Source: an uncultured Bifidobacteriaceae bacterium
GTDB taxonomy: Bacteria; Verrucomicrobiota; Verrucomicrobiia; Limisphaerales; JADLHS01
DNA: 41,395 nucleotides
Direction: 5' to 3'
Assembly: GCA_964574525.1 (NCBI GenBank)
Contig: CAZNOE010000001.1
Span: forward strand, 23,658-65,052
The translations under genes and the position numbers were made by a program. This document shows positions 10,029-19,000 of the stretch, piece by piece (position 1 is the stretch's first letter; the number at the start of each line of letters is the position of its first letter). The notes beneath the pieces are model-generated. The model was not told the origin of the DNA. It was given only the letters and a program-made list of their open reading frames with translations, and did not search any database.

Positions 10029-11108
10029 CTAGGGAACGATCGCTCTGGCTTTGGCACCCGCTGTGCGCTTGACCCGGAGACCGACCTTCCTTGGCTCGTT
10101 GTTGCCGCTGGCTAAATGTGCCTGATCTGCGCCATTGGGACAAAAGAAGCCTAGGTCTTCAAGCGAGTCAGCGATATGCTGAATCTCCTTGCCGGAAAGG
10201 GGCCGCACCGGTCGCCGGAAGACCGGCCCCGGGAACCGGCCCATGAGCCACAGCGCCGTTTTCATTCGTTGATGCGCACCGCATCCTGGTTCGCCGAAAT
10301 TGTAAATGAGGCGAGACAGCGGAGCGACTTTGCGCTGCGCGTTTTTCGCGCGCGCGAGGTCACCACAGAGCGCTGCATGGACCAACTCGACCATCAACTC
10401 CGGCGCAAAGCCTGCAAAACCAATTAACGCGCCGTCGGCCCCTTCCAATAAAGTCGGCAGAAGAAACTCATCGTGGCAAGTGACGACACTCACGCGCGGG
10501 GCGGCTTCCTGAAGCTTCTCGTAGTCGTAAATCCAGCGGCTCATGTCGCGCGTGCCCATCTTGATCATCACGACTTGGGACACCTTTACGATCTCGATCA
10601 TTTCGGCCAGCGAATAGCCCGCCTTCGTCCAGGCCGGATACTGGTGAATTATGATGGGCACATCCGCGCCTGCCGCAACATCCTCCACGAAGCCAACGGC
10701 GGTCCGGGAACTGCGCCCGAACCGCAGCCAATGATGCGGAGGCATGAGCAGAATCGCATCGGCTCCGGCGGCCTTGGCCGCCAGCGCATGGTCGATGGCT
10801 TCGTGGCTACCTTCCGCACAAACGCCGGATACGACCTTTACTGCACGCTGTTTCGTCGTTCCCCCGCGCAACGTCCGGGCTAGCACCCGAGTCACCTCTT
10901 CGCGCTCGCTCGGACGCAGCGACATCACTTCTCCGGTGTGCCCGTTGCAAACCAGTCCCCGGATGCCCTCGACGGAAGCCAGATCGGCGAAGTACTGGTC
11001 AAGCCCTTCGATGTCCAAGGACTCATCCGAGCGGAAGGCACAAAGCGTTGCCGCGAAAACCCCGCCCCAGGGATGTTGCTCCCATCCGAGTTTGTTATTG
11101 GTGCTCAT
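10029..11108 (-). CDS. Dihydrodipicolinate synthase (DapA/NAL) family aldolase, substrate unknown
   Basis: NGHTGE substrate loop, GADAILLMPP, HQYP and the Schiff-base Lys in IKMG. Confidence 0.9.
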   Translation of the reverse strand: MSTNNKLGWEQHPWGGVFAATLCAFRSDESLDIEGLDQYFADLASVEGIRGLVCNGHTGEVMSLRPSEREEVTRVLARTLRGGTTKQRAVKVVSGVCAEGSHEAIDHALAAKAAGADAILLMPPHHWLRFGRSSRTAVGFVEDVAAGADVPIIIHQYPAWTKAGYSLAEMIEIVKVSQVVMIKMGTRDMSRWIYDYEKLQEAAPRVSVVTCHDEFLLPTLLEGADGALIGFAGFAPELMVELVHAALCGDLARAKNAQRKVAPLSRLIYNFGEPGCGAHQRMKTALWLMGRFPGPVFRRPVRPLSGKEIQHIADSLEDLGFFCPNGADQAHLASGNNEPRKVGLRVKRTAGAKARAIVP

Positions 11109-11238
11109 TTCTTGTTGATGGCTTCGCTATGGCTTCAAATAACCGTGCCAAGAGAACGAACGCCCGCCAAGTTGCTGTGCGCGCGTGTTCTATCGCCTAA
11201 GATCAGCCGTTGTGTCCAATGCCAATATCTTATTACTG

Positions 11239-11257
11239 TCATCCCTTACGGGAATGA
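11239..11257. promoter_or_regulatory. Possible LysR-type operator (T-N11-A dyad)
   Basis: TCATCCCTTACGGGAATGA, an imperfect dyad between the divergent DapA-like and LysR genes. Confidence 0.4.
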
Positions 11258-11360
11258 GTCTCCCCGCGGATTAGATGTTGTGCCAGACGTTATGTCGCAC
11301 CCGGGGTTTCTGGAATCTCTCGCAGTTGTTGGTTGACCTGCGCCATTTTGCATCGTTACG

Positions 11361-12377
11361 ATGCGGCAAGAGCTTGTGGAACTTAGACACCTTCGATACT
11401 TCATTGGCATCGCTGAAGATTTGAGCTTCAGCCGTGCTGCCGAGCGATTGCACGTCGCGCAGTCCGCGTTGAGCCGCCAAATCCAGGATTTGGAGGACGA
11501 GCTGAAGGTAAAACTGTTCAAGCGGGATAAGCGAGGTGTCTCTCTCAGCGCGGCGGGCGAGGTTTTCCTGGACAAAGCGCGAAAGCTCGTCTCGGCGAGC
11601 CAGCAGGCGATTGAATCGGCCCGCAGCGCGGCGCGCGGAGAACTGGGCCAGCTTGAGATCGCTTACATCGGCGCGCTATCCGACGGATTGGTTCCGCGGC
11701 TCCTTCGGCGTTTCCGAACGAAATTTCCTCATGTTCACATGAGACTGCGCGCGTTGCGTCCCTGGCAGCAGGCGGAAGCCTTGTTGGAAAACGACTTGAA
11801 CCTCGGCTTCATTGGCCTGCCGATGCCCGACTTGAGTCCACGCCTTAACTTCGAGGTGTTCCGCCGCGACCGCATGGTGGTCGCTCTTCCCATCGGTCAT
11901 CCACTGCTGGGCCGGCGCGTCTTGCGGTTGATTGATCTGGGGACGGAACCATTTATCTTCCTCACCCGGGCGGGAACACCGGTCTATTATGACTGGCTCA
12001 TGCATCTTTGCCATGACGCCGGCTTTCATCCCAACGTGGTACAGGAAGTGGAGAGTGGACAAACCGCGGTGGAGCTTGTGGCGGCCGGTTCGGGGGTCGC
12101 ACTGTTCCCGGCGACGGCCCAACAGCAGCTCCACGGTGACATGAGCTTTCACGCGCTCGCCGGACTTCCCCAGTTCGAGTTTGCGGTTGCTTGGAGGAAA
12201 GATGACGATTCGCCGGTGTTGAAAGCTTTTCTCGAACTCTTTCGCCACGAACTGCGCCTGCCCGGCGTCGCTACCGAAGCCTTGCCCGCTTCGCTCCCAA
12301 TTGAACACTCCGCTCGCCTGGCGCCGCTGAAAAATCCTGCTCCAAACAAGCTGCACGTTCTCCCACGGGCAATTTGA
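11361..12377 (+). CDS. LysR-family transcriptional regulator (true start may be GTG 11376)
   Basis: ELRHLRYF...SFSRAAERLHVAQSALSRQIQDLE HTH followed by a substrate-binding domain. Confidence 0.95.
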   Translation: MRQELVELRHLRYFIGIAEDLSFSRAAERLHVAQSALSRQIQDLEDELKVKLFKRDKRGVSLSAAGEVFLDKARKLVSASQQAIESARSAARGELGQLEIAYIGALSDGLVPRLLRRFRTKFPHVHMRLRALRPWQQAEALLENDLNLGFIGLPMPDLSPRLNFEVFRRDRMVVALPIGHPLLGRRVLRLIDLGTEPFIFLTRAGTPVYYDWLMHLCHDAGFHPNVVQEVESGQTAVELVAAGSGVALFPATAQQQLHGDMSFHALAGLPQFEFAVAWRKDDDSPVLKAFLELFRHELRLPGVATEALPASLPIEHSARLAPLKNPAPNKLHVLPRAI

Positions 12378-12501
12378 TTTTGTTGCTCGAGAGTCGCAAC
12401 TTCACACCGCAAGCGGGGAACCCCTGCGAAGTCGGCTTCGCGATCGGAGACCGTCTATCCACCAATTTGGAATGCCCCCAAGGAATCGTCGTAATACCCT
12501 A

Positions 12502-14142
12502 ACCCGGCGTAGCCGGAACCAAGAGTTTCTGGTAAATCGGGTGGCATGAGTGAACCGACACCTGCTCCCGCCGACACGCCTCAAGTCCAACTGCTGACGC
12601 AACGCTACGCCGACCACATCGCCGGCACGCTGGGCTGTTGGGATCGCGTCATCCTCACCGGCACGCTCACCGATGTCTGTCATGCCGGCGCCGTGGAGGG
12701 CTGGTTGCGCCGGGATAATATCCGCTGCTTCGATCTGAAGGTGTTCGCCGAGCCGCTGCGCGATGCGGTGCGCGATCACGCGATCCTCACGGCGCGGGCC
12801 GCCGGTTTGAGCATCGAATACATTGAGCGCAAAAACTTCCGCAAGGAGGATCGTGTGGCCGACGTGCTGCAACAGCGCGGCGACGCGCCGGGTTTGGTGC
12901 AGGTGTTCTCGGCCATGGAAGCCTGTCAGGCCTTCAAACCCTGGCATGACAAAACCACGGGCAAGACCGGCCTGCGTCCCACCGCCGGCAAATGTCTGCA
13001 CTACTACTTTTATTTCCTGCATCCGCGGCTGGGGTTGGTGTATGTGCGCGTGCCCACCTGGCTGCCCTTCCGGCTGCAAATCTATTTCAACGGTCACAAC
13101 TGGCTGGCCAGCCGGCTGCGACGCGCCGGACTGAAGTTTCAAATGGCAGACAACGCGCTGGTCGAGTGCGCCGATTGGAAAAAAGCCCAGGCGCTGGCCG
13201 ATGATTTTTCGCTCGATCAACTCAAGCGCGACCTGGACGGACTGGCCCGCCAGTGCGTGCCGGCCTTGCTGGAGCGTTTCCGGGGCGGCTATCACTGGAG
13301 CCTGATGCAGGTGGAGTATTCGTTGGACCTGGTGTGGCGTTCGGCCGAGAACCTCGCGCCGGTCTATGAAGAGTTGAGCCGGCAAGCCATCTTCACCGTC
13401 AAAGCGCCGGAAGTCGCCAAATTCCTGGGCAAACGTTTTCCGGCGAACACCGACACCGCGCTGGGCAGCGATTTTCACACGCGCGTGGAGGGCACGCGCA
13501 TCAAACACTTTCTGGGACCGGCCTCGCTCAAGCTCTACGACAAGCGCGGGCGGGTGCTGCGCCTGGAATGCACGGTCAACGACGTGACCTTTTTTTCGCA
13601 CCACCGCAAGGTGGAACATCGGGACGGGCCGCCGACCTACGAAGTGGCGCCGCTCAAGAAAAGCATCTTCAGCCTGCGCGATCTGCGCGGGCTGATGCAC
13701 GCGGCCTGCGCGCGGTATCTGGCGTGGTTGAGCCGGCTGGAAGACCGCTCCTCGGGCCAGGTGGACCTGGACAAACTCAGCCGCCCGGCCAAGGACGCGG
13801 CGGCGCGGAGTTGGCGCGGGTTCAATCTGTTTCTGAGCGCGGACCTGCAAGGCATTCTGGCGGTGCTGGCGGGCCAACATCAGATCAGCGGCCTGACCAG
13901 CCGGCGGCTGCAGCGGCTTTTGCCGCGATGGACGCGCAGCCAGATCGGGCGACTGCTGCGGAGATTGCGTTTGCATGGGCTGATCAAGAAAGTGGGCAAG
14001 ACCTACAAATATTACGCGACGAGTTTCGGTCAGCGCCTCCTGCTGGCGGGCTTGAAGCTCAAAGAACACCTGCTGCTGCCGACGTTGGCTGCCGCCTGAA
14101 AATGTTGCGCACTTTGCATGACATTTTTTCATAAAGGGACTA
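12502..14142 (+). mobile_element. Putative insertion element 1 (non-TIR, Rep-like transposase)
   Basis: Begins after CTA (12499-12501) with a CCGGC-GTA-GCCGG hairpin; single ORF; ends with hairpin 14099-14127 plus GGACTA 14137-14142. Boundaries are inferred. Confidence 0.68.
12546..14099 (+). CDS. Putative transposase with Rep_trans-like motifs and C-terminal winged HTH
   Basis: QVEYSLD, SLKLYDKRGRVLRLECTVND, KCLHYYFY and C-terminal RLRLHGLIKKVGKTYKYY. Confidence 0.75.
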   Translation: MSEPTPAPADTPQVQLLTQRYADHIAGTLGCWDRVILTGTLTDVCHAGAVEGWLRRDNIRCFDLKVFAEPLRDAVRDHAILTARAAGLSIEYIERKNFRKEDRVADVLQQRGDAPGLVQVFSAMEACQAFKPWHDKTTGKTGLRPTAGKCLHYYFYFLHPRLGLVYVRVPTWLPFRLQIYFNGHNWLASRLRRAGLKFQMADNALVECADWKKAQALADDFSLDQLKRDLDGLARQCVPALLERFRGGYHWSLMQVEYSLDLVWRSAENLAPVYEELSRQAIFTVKAPEVAKFLGKRFPANTDTALGSDFHTRVEGTRIKHFLGPASLKLYDKRGRVLRLECTVNDVTFFSHHRKVEHRDGPPTYEVAPLKKSIFSLRDLRGLMHAACARYLAWLSRLEDRSSGQVDLDKLSRPAKDAAARSWRGFNLFLSADLQGILAVLAGQHQISGLTSRRLQRLLPRWTRSQIGRLLRRLRLHGLIKKVGKTYKYYATSFGQRLLLAGLKLKEHLLLPTLAAA

Positions 14143-14144
14143 CG

Positions 14145-14192
14145 CCTTTTCCCAGACTGGCGCTGGGAAAAGGAGATTCGCCGCTGGCGAAT
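14145..14192. repeat. Two tandem perfect inverted repeats
   Basis: CCTTTTCCCAG-N7-CTGGGAAAAGG (14145-14173) and ATTCGCC-GCT-GGCGAAT (14176-14192). Confidence 0.9.
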
Positions 14193-14234
14193 AGCAGGTG
14201 AAATCATTGGCCGTACTGGGTTACACTTCCGGGT

Positions 14235-15893
14235 ATGAATCCCACCGATGATCTGTCCTGTTATTACGCGGAACTGCTGGAAGGCACCTACGATTGTGTC
14301 GATCGCGTCGTCCTCAATGCCTATTTCCCGATGGGGCAGACTGGCGGCGGGTTGCGAACCTGGTGGCGGCAACTCCACGGTAGCGACGCCAGCCTGGATG
14401 ACGCCCATCTGCGCGAGATGGCCGGAGCCTTTTCCCGCCGCCTCACCGCCTACTGCGCCAAACAACAGGTGCCCCTCATCGAAGCCCAAGCCGGCGAGCG
14501 CAAGCATGAGCTGGCCGAGCCCTATCTGCCCAAGGATCCGAAGTTTCGCGGTTTGTTTATGGTGCTCACTGGCAAGGCTCCGGCGCCGGTGTGGGAAGTC
14601 AAACGCAACCCCCAGAATCAAATCATCGAAGTGCAACATCGCCGCCAGTGGCCCTACGTGAAGCACTATTATTTTCATCTGATGGACGCGGAGTGGGGGC
14701 ATGTGACGATCCGCATGTGCGGTTATCCGCCTTTTGGAGCGCAGGTGATTCTCAACGGGCACGAGTGGGTCGAGCGTCAAGCCCGCCGGCAACGGGTCGT
14801 CGCCGTCAAGGCGGGCAACTGTTTTGTGGAAGGCAGCGACTTTGGTGAGCTCAACCGGTTGGGGGCGCTGTTGCAGCGCGCTTCGGCCATTGGCCGATTG
14901 CGGGCCGTCTGCGAGCGTTGGATTTATTCGAGCGCCCTCTGCTTCGGGCTGACGCGGGCTGAACAGCAGCGCAGCCGTTTCGCGTATGCGTTTTCGGTGT
15001 TCCAAATGGAATTAAGCCGCAATCTGCTCTTCCAGCGCGGCACGACCCTGGACGAGGTGTATCAGAAGCTCATCGACCGGACGCGCGTGCGTCTGGATCT
15101 GGAGCAGTTGAAGACCATCTTCGGTTTCCGGCATCGCCCGCACGTCAAAGCAAAGCGGGGACGCACGGAGCCGGAGGTGGTCAAGGCGGTGCAGACGCAT
15201 GGCTACGACCTGACGGTCTTCAAGGTGCAATGGGGCCACCTCACCCTGAAGATTTACGACAAAGGCGGGCGAGTGCTACGGGTGGAGGTGGTGGCGCACA
15301 ACGCCAAGGATCTGCGCTGCGGCAAAGTGTTGGAGAAACTGCCGGTCTTGCTGGAGCGCATGAGCGGCATGCTGGTGCGGTTTTTGAACACGGTGCAGGT
15401 GGCGCACGTGAGCTTCCTGGATCAGGGTGCCTTTGAGCGTTGGGCCGAACCGAGCACGCGAGGCACGCGACGATTGGCGGGCATGGATTTGAATAAAGCC
15501 CGCAACCGACACGCGGTCGACGCCGTGGTGGGACTGGCCACCCAACCCGAGGGCTTCACGTTGGGAGAACTGGCTCAGGCGGTGCGCTCCCGCAGCGGGT
15601 GGAGTCAAAGGAAGTATTCCGTCCGACAAGCGGCTTACGATCTGGCCAAATTGCGCGGCAAGAAACTGGTCAAGCGCCGGGACAAATCGCGGCGTTATCT
15701 CAGCGAGCCCAGCGGCGTGCGGACGCTCTGCGCGTACCTGCTCTTGCGCGAGCAGGTGATTAAACCACTGCTGGCGGGCGTCAATCATCGGCTGGGACGG
15801 CCACCTAAAATCGTCGCGCCCTTGGATCAACATTACCTCAACCTGCGCCAAGAAATGAACCGAACCTTTGAAACCCTTGGCTTGGCGGCCTGA
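14235..15893 (+). CDS. Putative transposase with Rep_trans-like motifs and C-terminal winged HTH, paralog of 12546-14099
   Basis: CVDRVVL, KHYYFH, NGHEW, QMELSRN, TLKIYDKGGRVLRVE and YDLAKLRGKKLVKR. Confidence 0.75.
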   Translation: MNPTDDLSCYYAELLEGTYDCVDRVVLNAYFPMGQTGGGLRTWWRQLHGSDASLDDAHLREMAGAFSRRLTAYCAKQQVPLIEAQAGERKHELAEPYLPKDPKFRGLFMVLTGKAPAPVWEVKRNPQNQIIEVQHRRQWPYVKHYYFHLMDAEWGHVTIRMCGYPPFGAQVILNGHEWVERQARRQRVVAVKAGNCFVEGSDFGELNRLGALLQRASAIGRLRAVCERWIYSSALCFGLTRAEQQRSRFAYAFSVFQMELSRNLLFQRGTTLDEVYQKLIDRTRVRLDLEQLKTIFGFRHRPHVKAKRGRTEPEVVKAVQTHGYDLTVFKVQWGHLTLKIYDKGGRVLRVEVVAHNAKDLRCGKVLEKLPVLLERMSGMLVRFLNTVQVAHVSFLDQGAFERWAEPSTRGTRRLAGMDLNKARNRHAVDAVVGLATQPEGFTLGELAQAVRSRSGWSQRKYSVRQAAYDLAKLRGKKLVKRRDKSRRYLSEPSGVRTLCAYLLLREQVIKPLLAGVNHRLGRPPKIVAPLDQHYLNLRQEMNRTFETLGLAA

Positions 15894-16086
15894 ACGCTCC
15901 GCCACACATCGACAACTTGTTGTCTCCTGTTCTTGGACTAATTGCGTTGGACGAAAGCCACAGTTTACCGCAAAGATTCACCAGTTCGTGATCAACGTTC
16001 TTCCAACCCGGCTCCTTCAAGGCGATCCAGATCAGCCATCAGCTCGCCGGCCGTTTGCGGACCCGCCATGCTCAAGGTCTGGCGTC

Positions 16087-19000
16087 GTGGTTCGAAACAA
16101 AACTCGGAATAGCTGGCTAGCCGACGTTCGGTTTCTTTTTGCGTGCTCGGGCTTGTGGGTCGTGGCGATGGCGGAAGTTTCATGCCTAGCTCAACTTCCT
16201 ACAGCACGCGACACGAACATTGCAGCACTCTGGCTCTTTGATGAAACCAATTACACCTGCACGCCGTTGTTGGATGCCAGCCCGAACCAGAGCGATCTGC
16301 GGCTGCTGGGCGCGGGACAACTGACCGCCGGCAGGTATGGCAACTGTCTGCGCCTGCTGCCGGGAACCGACTTTCACGCGTACTACTCCGAGTGGGACGG
16401 CTCGGTTGTGCCTCGATTCATGGGCCGCGCAGACGGCGGGCCTTCTGGCTTATGGGGTCCGACCATCACACCGGGGCAATTGCTCGCGGCGTTGGCGGGT
16501 CTGGAATGGACCTGCGAGTTCTGGCTGAAACTGGCAGCGATTCCAGGAATCGAAGCTGCGGTTTTGCACCTCGGATACGGATATGACCCGGGCTTCGCAA
16601 TCAACCTGTGTGGAGGCGCTGGTTATTTTTCCCTCACTAACGCCTACGGCGGCTGGGCGGCGGTCTGCCCCATTCAGAACGGCAGCCTGACCAACGGCGG
16701 TTGGCATCACGTCGCATTCACGCTGTCGGCGACTGGAGACCGGGTGAAACTTTACCTCGATGGACAACTTCAAAACGGGAGTACGCGCTCAGCCATTCCT
16801 CTGCAGCCGGTGCCCCCAACCGTTTATCCAGCTTCCCTCGCGACAAGCCACGGTGTGTTCGACAATACGCTGAACTACGAGTTGTTCCGCCAGAACCGAT
16901 TCAATCTGTCTCTGGGTGAGGATCGGCATGGACTTTCTGACTTGGACGGATACCTGGATGAGTTGCGAATTTCTTCCCTCGTCCGCTACCAGGGCAACTT
17001 CGCCCTGCCCGGCAGCTTCTCACGAAACTATGGCTCCAACCCGCCGCCGCTCGCCGTCGTCACCGGTCCGCCGCTCTTATTCGGGACGGGCGCGCCAACG
17101 GGAACAGTGCAGCTCGGCGCGCGGCGGCACCTGTTCATTGACGGAGCGCTGCTCGATGTCACGAACAACGTTCGCTGGACGGTCAACACGCCGCGGGTGG
17201 ATGTCATGAGCCAGATTTTCAGCGGCGACAACAGCGCCGTGGATCACGCTGGCGACGTGTGGCTGGTGACACCCGACAGCTACGAGTCGGACCTTGGACT
17301 GACCAGTTTGTGGGAATCCGGTGACGGCACGAACTTCAGCGCGCCGAATCTGGGCGTGATCAATTACGCAGGCTCGTCGAACAACAACTACATCCTCGAT
17401 TGGACCCCGATGTGGGCCCGAGCGTTCAAGGATCGCAATCCAAACATCCCGACGGACGAGCGCTTCAAAATATCCGCCTGGGTGGCCAACTCAGGCATTC
17501 ATCTTTATACCTCGCCCGATTTGATTCATTGGTCTCGCAACGAAACCATCATGTTGCCGTTGGTCAGTGGCGGCGGCGCGGAAACTTTTTTTGACGACCA
17601 GAACGGGCGTTACCAGTTTTTCATCAAGCGCGACCCGAACATGAACACCGCGGGTTGCGCGACAGCCGCCGGGCGACTGGGCGTGGGGTTTACAACTCGA
17701 GCGGTCAGCAAGCCCTGGCCGTTCCAGCCGATGCCTTCTCCGGGTTTCGCGGGCTGGGCCTCCCCGGCCGTCACCTGTGAAGGCCCGATTGTGTTTGGCG
17801 TTAACACTTATGGGGAAGTGTATCGAACGCGGACGATCAAATACGAGTGGGCGCCGGACGCCTACTTTGCATTTCTTTGGCGCTTCACCACTGCCACCCA
17901 GGTGCGGCAAACCGAGTTGGCCATCAGCCGCGACGGCGTCAATTGGAGCGGCTTGGCGCCACTGGGCATGTATTTGCCGACCGGCCTGAACGTCGGCGGA
18001 GTGACGATGGTCGAGGGGCTTTGTCAGCAAGGGCTGATTCGCCGTGGAAATGTCATCTGGCAATACGCAGAATTTAACTCCGGCCCGCACGGCAATGGCG
18101 CACAAAAACGCAACGGCCGCCTGGTGCAACGCCTGGATGGATTTGTCTCACTCGACACGACCAACACCACCGGAGTCGCCAGAACGCGACCGCTGGTTTT
18201 CGCCGGCAGCTTCCTCACACTGAACCTCGACGCGCGCAACGGCGTCACCCGCGTGGCTCTGCTGAACGAATTGGGCGCACCGCTGCCAGGCTACGATCTG
18301 GCCGATTGCGACCCGATCACAACTGACTCCATCAACCATATCGTCACCTGGCATGGCAGTTCATCATTGTCCAACCTCGCTGGCAGCACCGTGCGCCTCA
18401 AGCTCGAGATGACCCGTACCAAATTGTACGCGCTGCAATTTGGACAACCCGGACCGGTCGTCGTGGATTCCGCTGAAAACTGGAACGGACTTGAGAACCC
18501 GCACGCAGTGGATGGCGTGACGTTGACCGGCGCGGGAACACCGGCGAACCCGTACGTCTATGCTCTGCCCGCCGGCATGACCATCACCGCCAACGGCGTA
18601 GTGCGACTCAGCTCGGACTTGGCGGCCAGCAACACCAGCGAAGACACGACGATCCGATTCTTCTTTGCCGGGGGCAACCTGCAGATGGATGCGGGAGCGA
18701 TCATTGATGTCACCCGGCCAACCCGGAGCGGCCAGCGCGATTTCCTGCTCGACTTGAACGGCGGCGACATGACGGGATCGGGGCGCATCGTCGGCCTGCG
18801 CGGACCCGGCAACAACCGCGCTCAGAAGCCTCGGAACATTTCAATCACGAACGTCCGTGACGTCAACCTGCTGGACTCGGATCTTCACACCGAGAATTCC
18901 GCGGATGCTCTCTCCGGGATCAGTATCGTCGCTCGCGGGAAGGTTGCGATTCAAGGCAAGCTCGACACCAGCGACCTCAGCACTGGTGGAAACGCCGCCG

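Larger units (their letters stand above)
14143..15940 (+). mobile_element. Putative insertion element 2 (same superfamily, divergent), abutting element 1
   Basis: Flanked by GGACTA on both sides (14137-14142 and 15935-15940); two hairpins at the left end; GACAAC-TT-GTTGTC hairpin at 15911-15924. Confidence 0.68.

Noticed and set aside
12415-12441. GGGG-AA-CCCC and GCGAAG-TCGG-CTTCGC stems after LysR as a terminator
   Set aside because: Short stems with no U-tract; not enough support.
12402-15005. 867-aa minus-strand ORF spanning both elements
   Set aside because: Antisense shadow of two GC-rich genes; no recognisable motifs, and it crosses the inferred element boundaries.
12546-15893. Calling the two ORFs MarR regulators or a prophage/plasmid replicon
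   Set aside because: The wHTH is only a small C-terminal part; no phage, partition or conjugation genes; each ORF has its own compact structured ends.
15868-16086. ORF-track N-terminal extension of the 1833-aa protein
   Set aside because: Starts inside the element 2 ORF and terminus; the signal-like segment begins only after about 16087.
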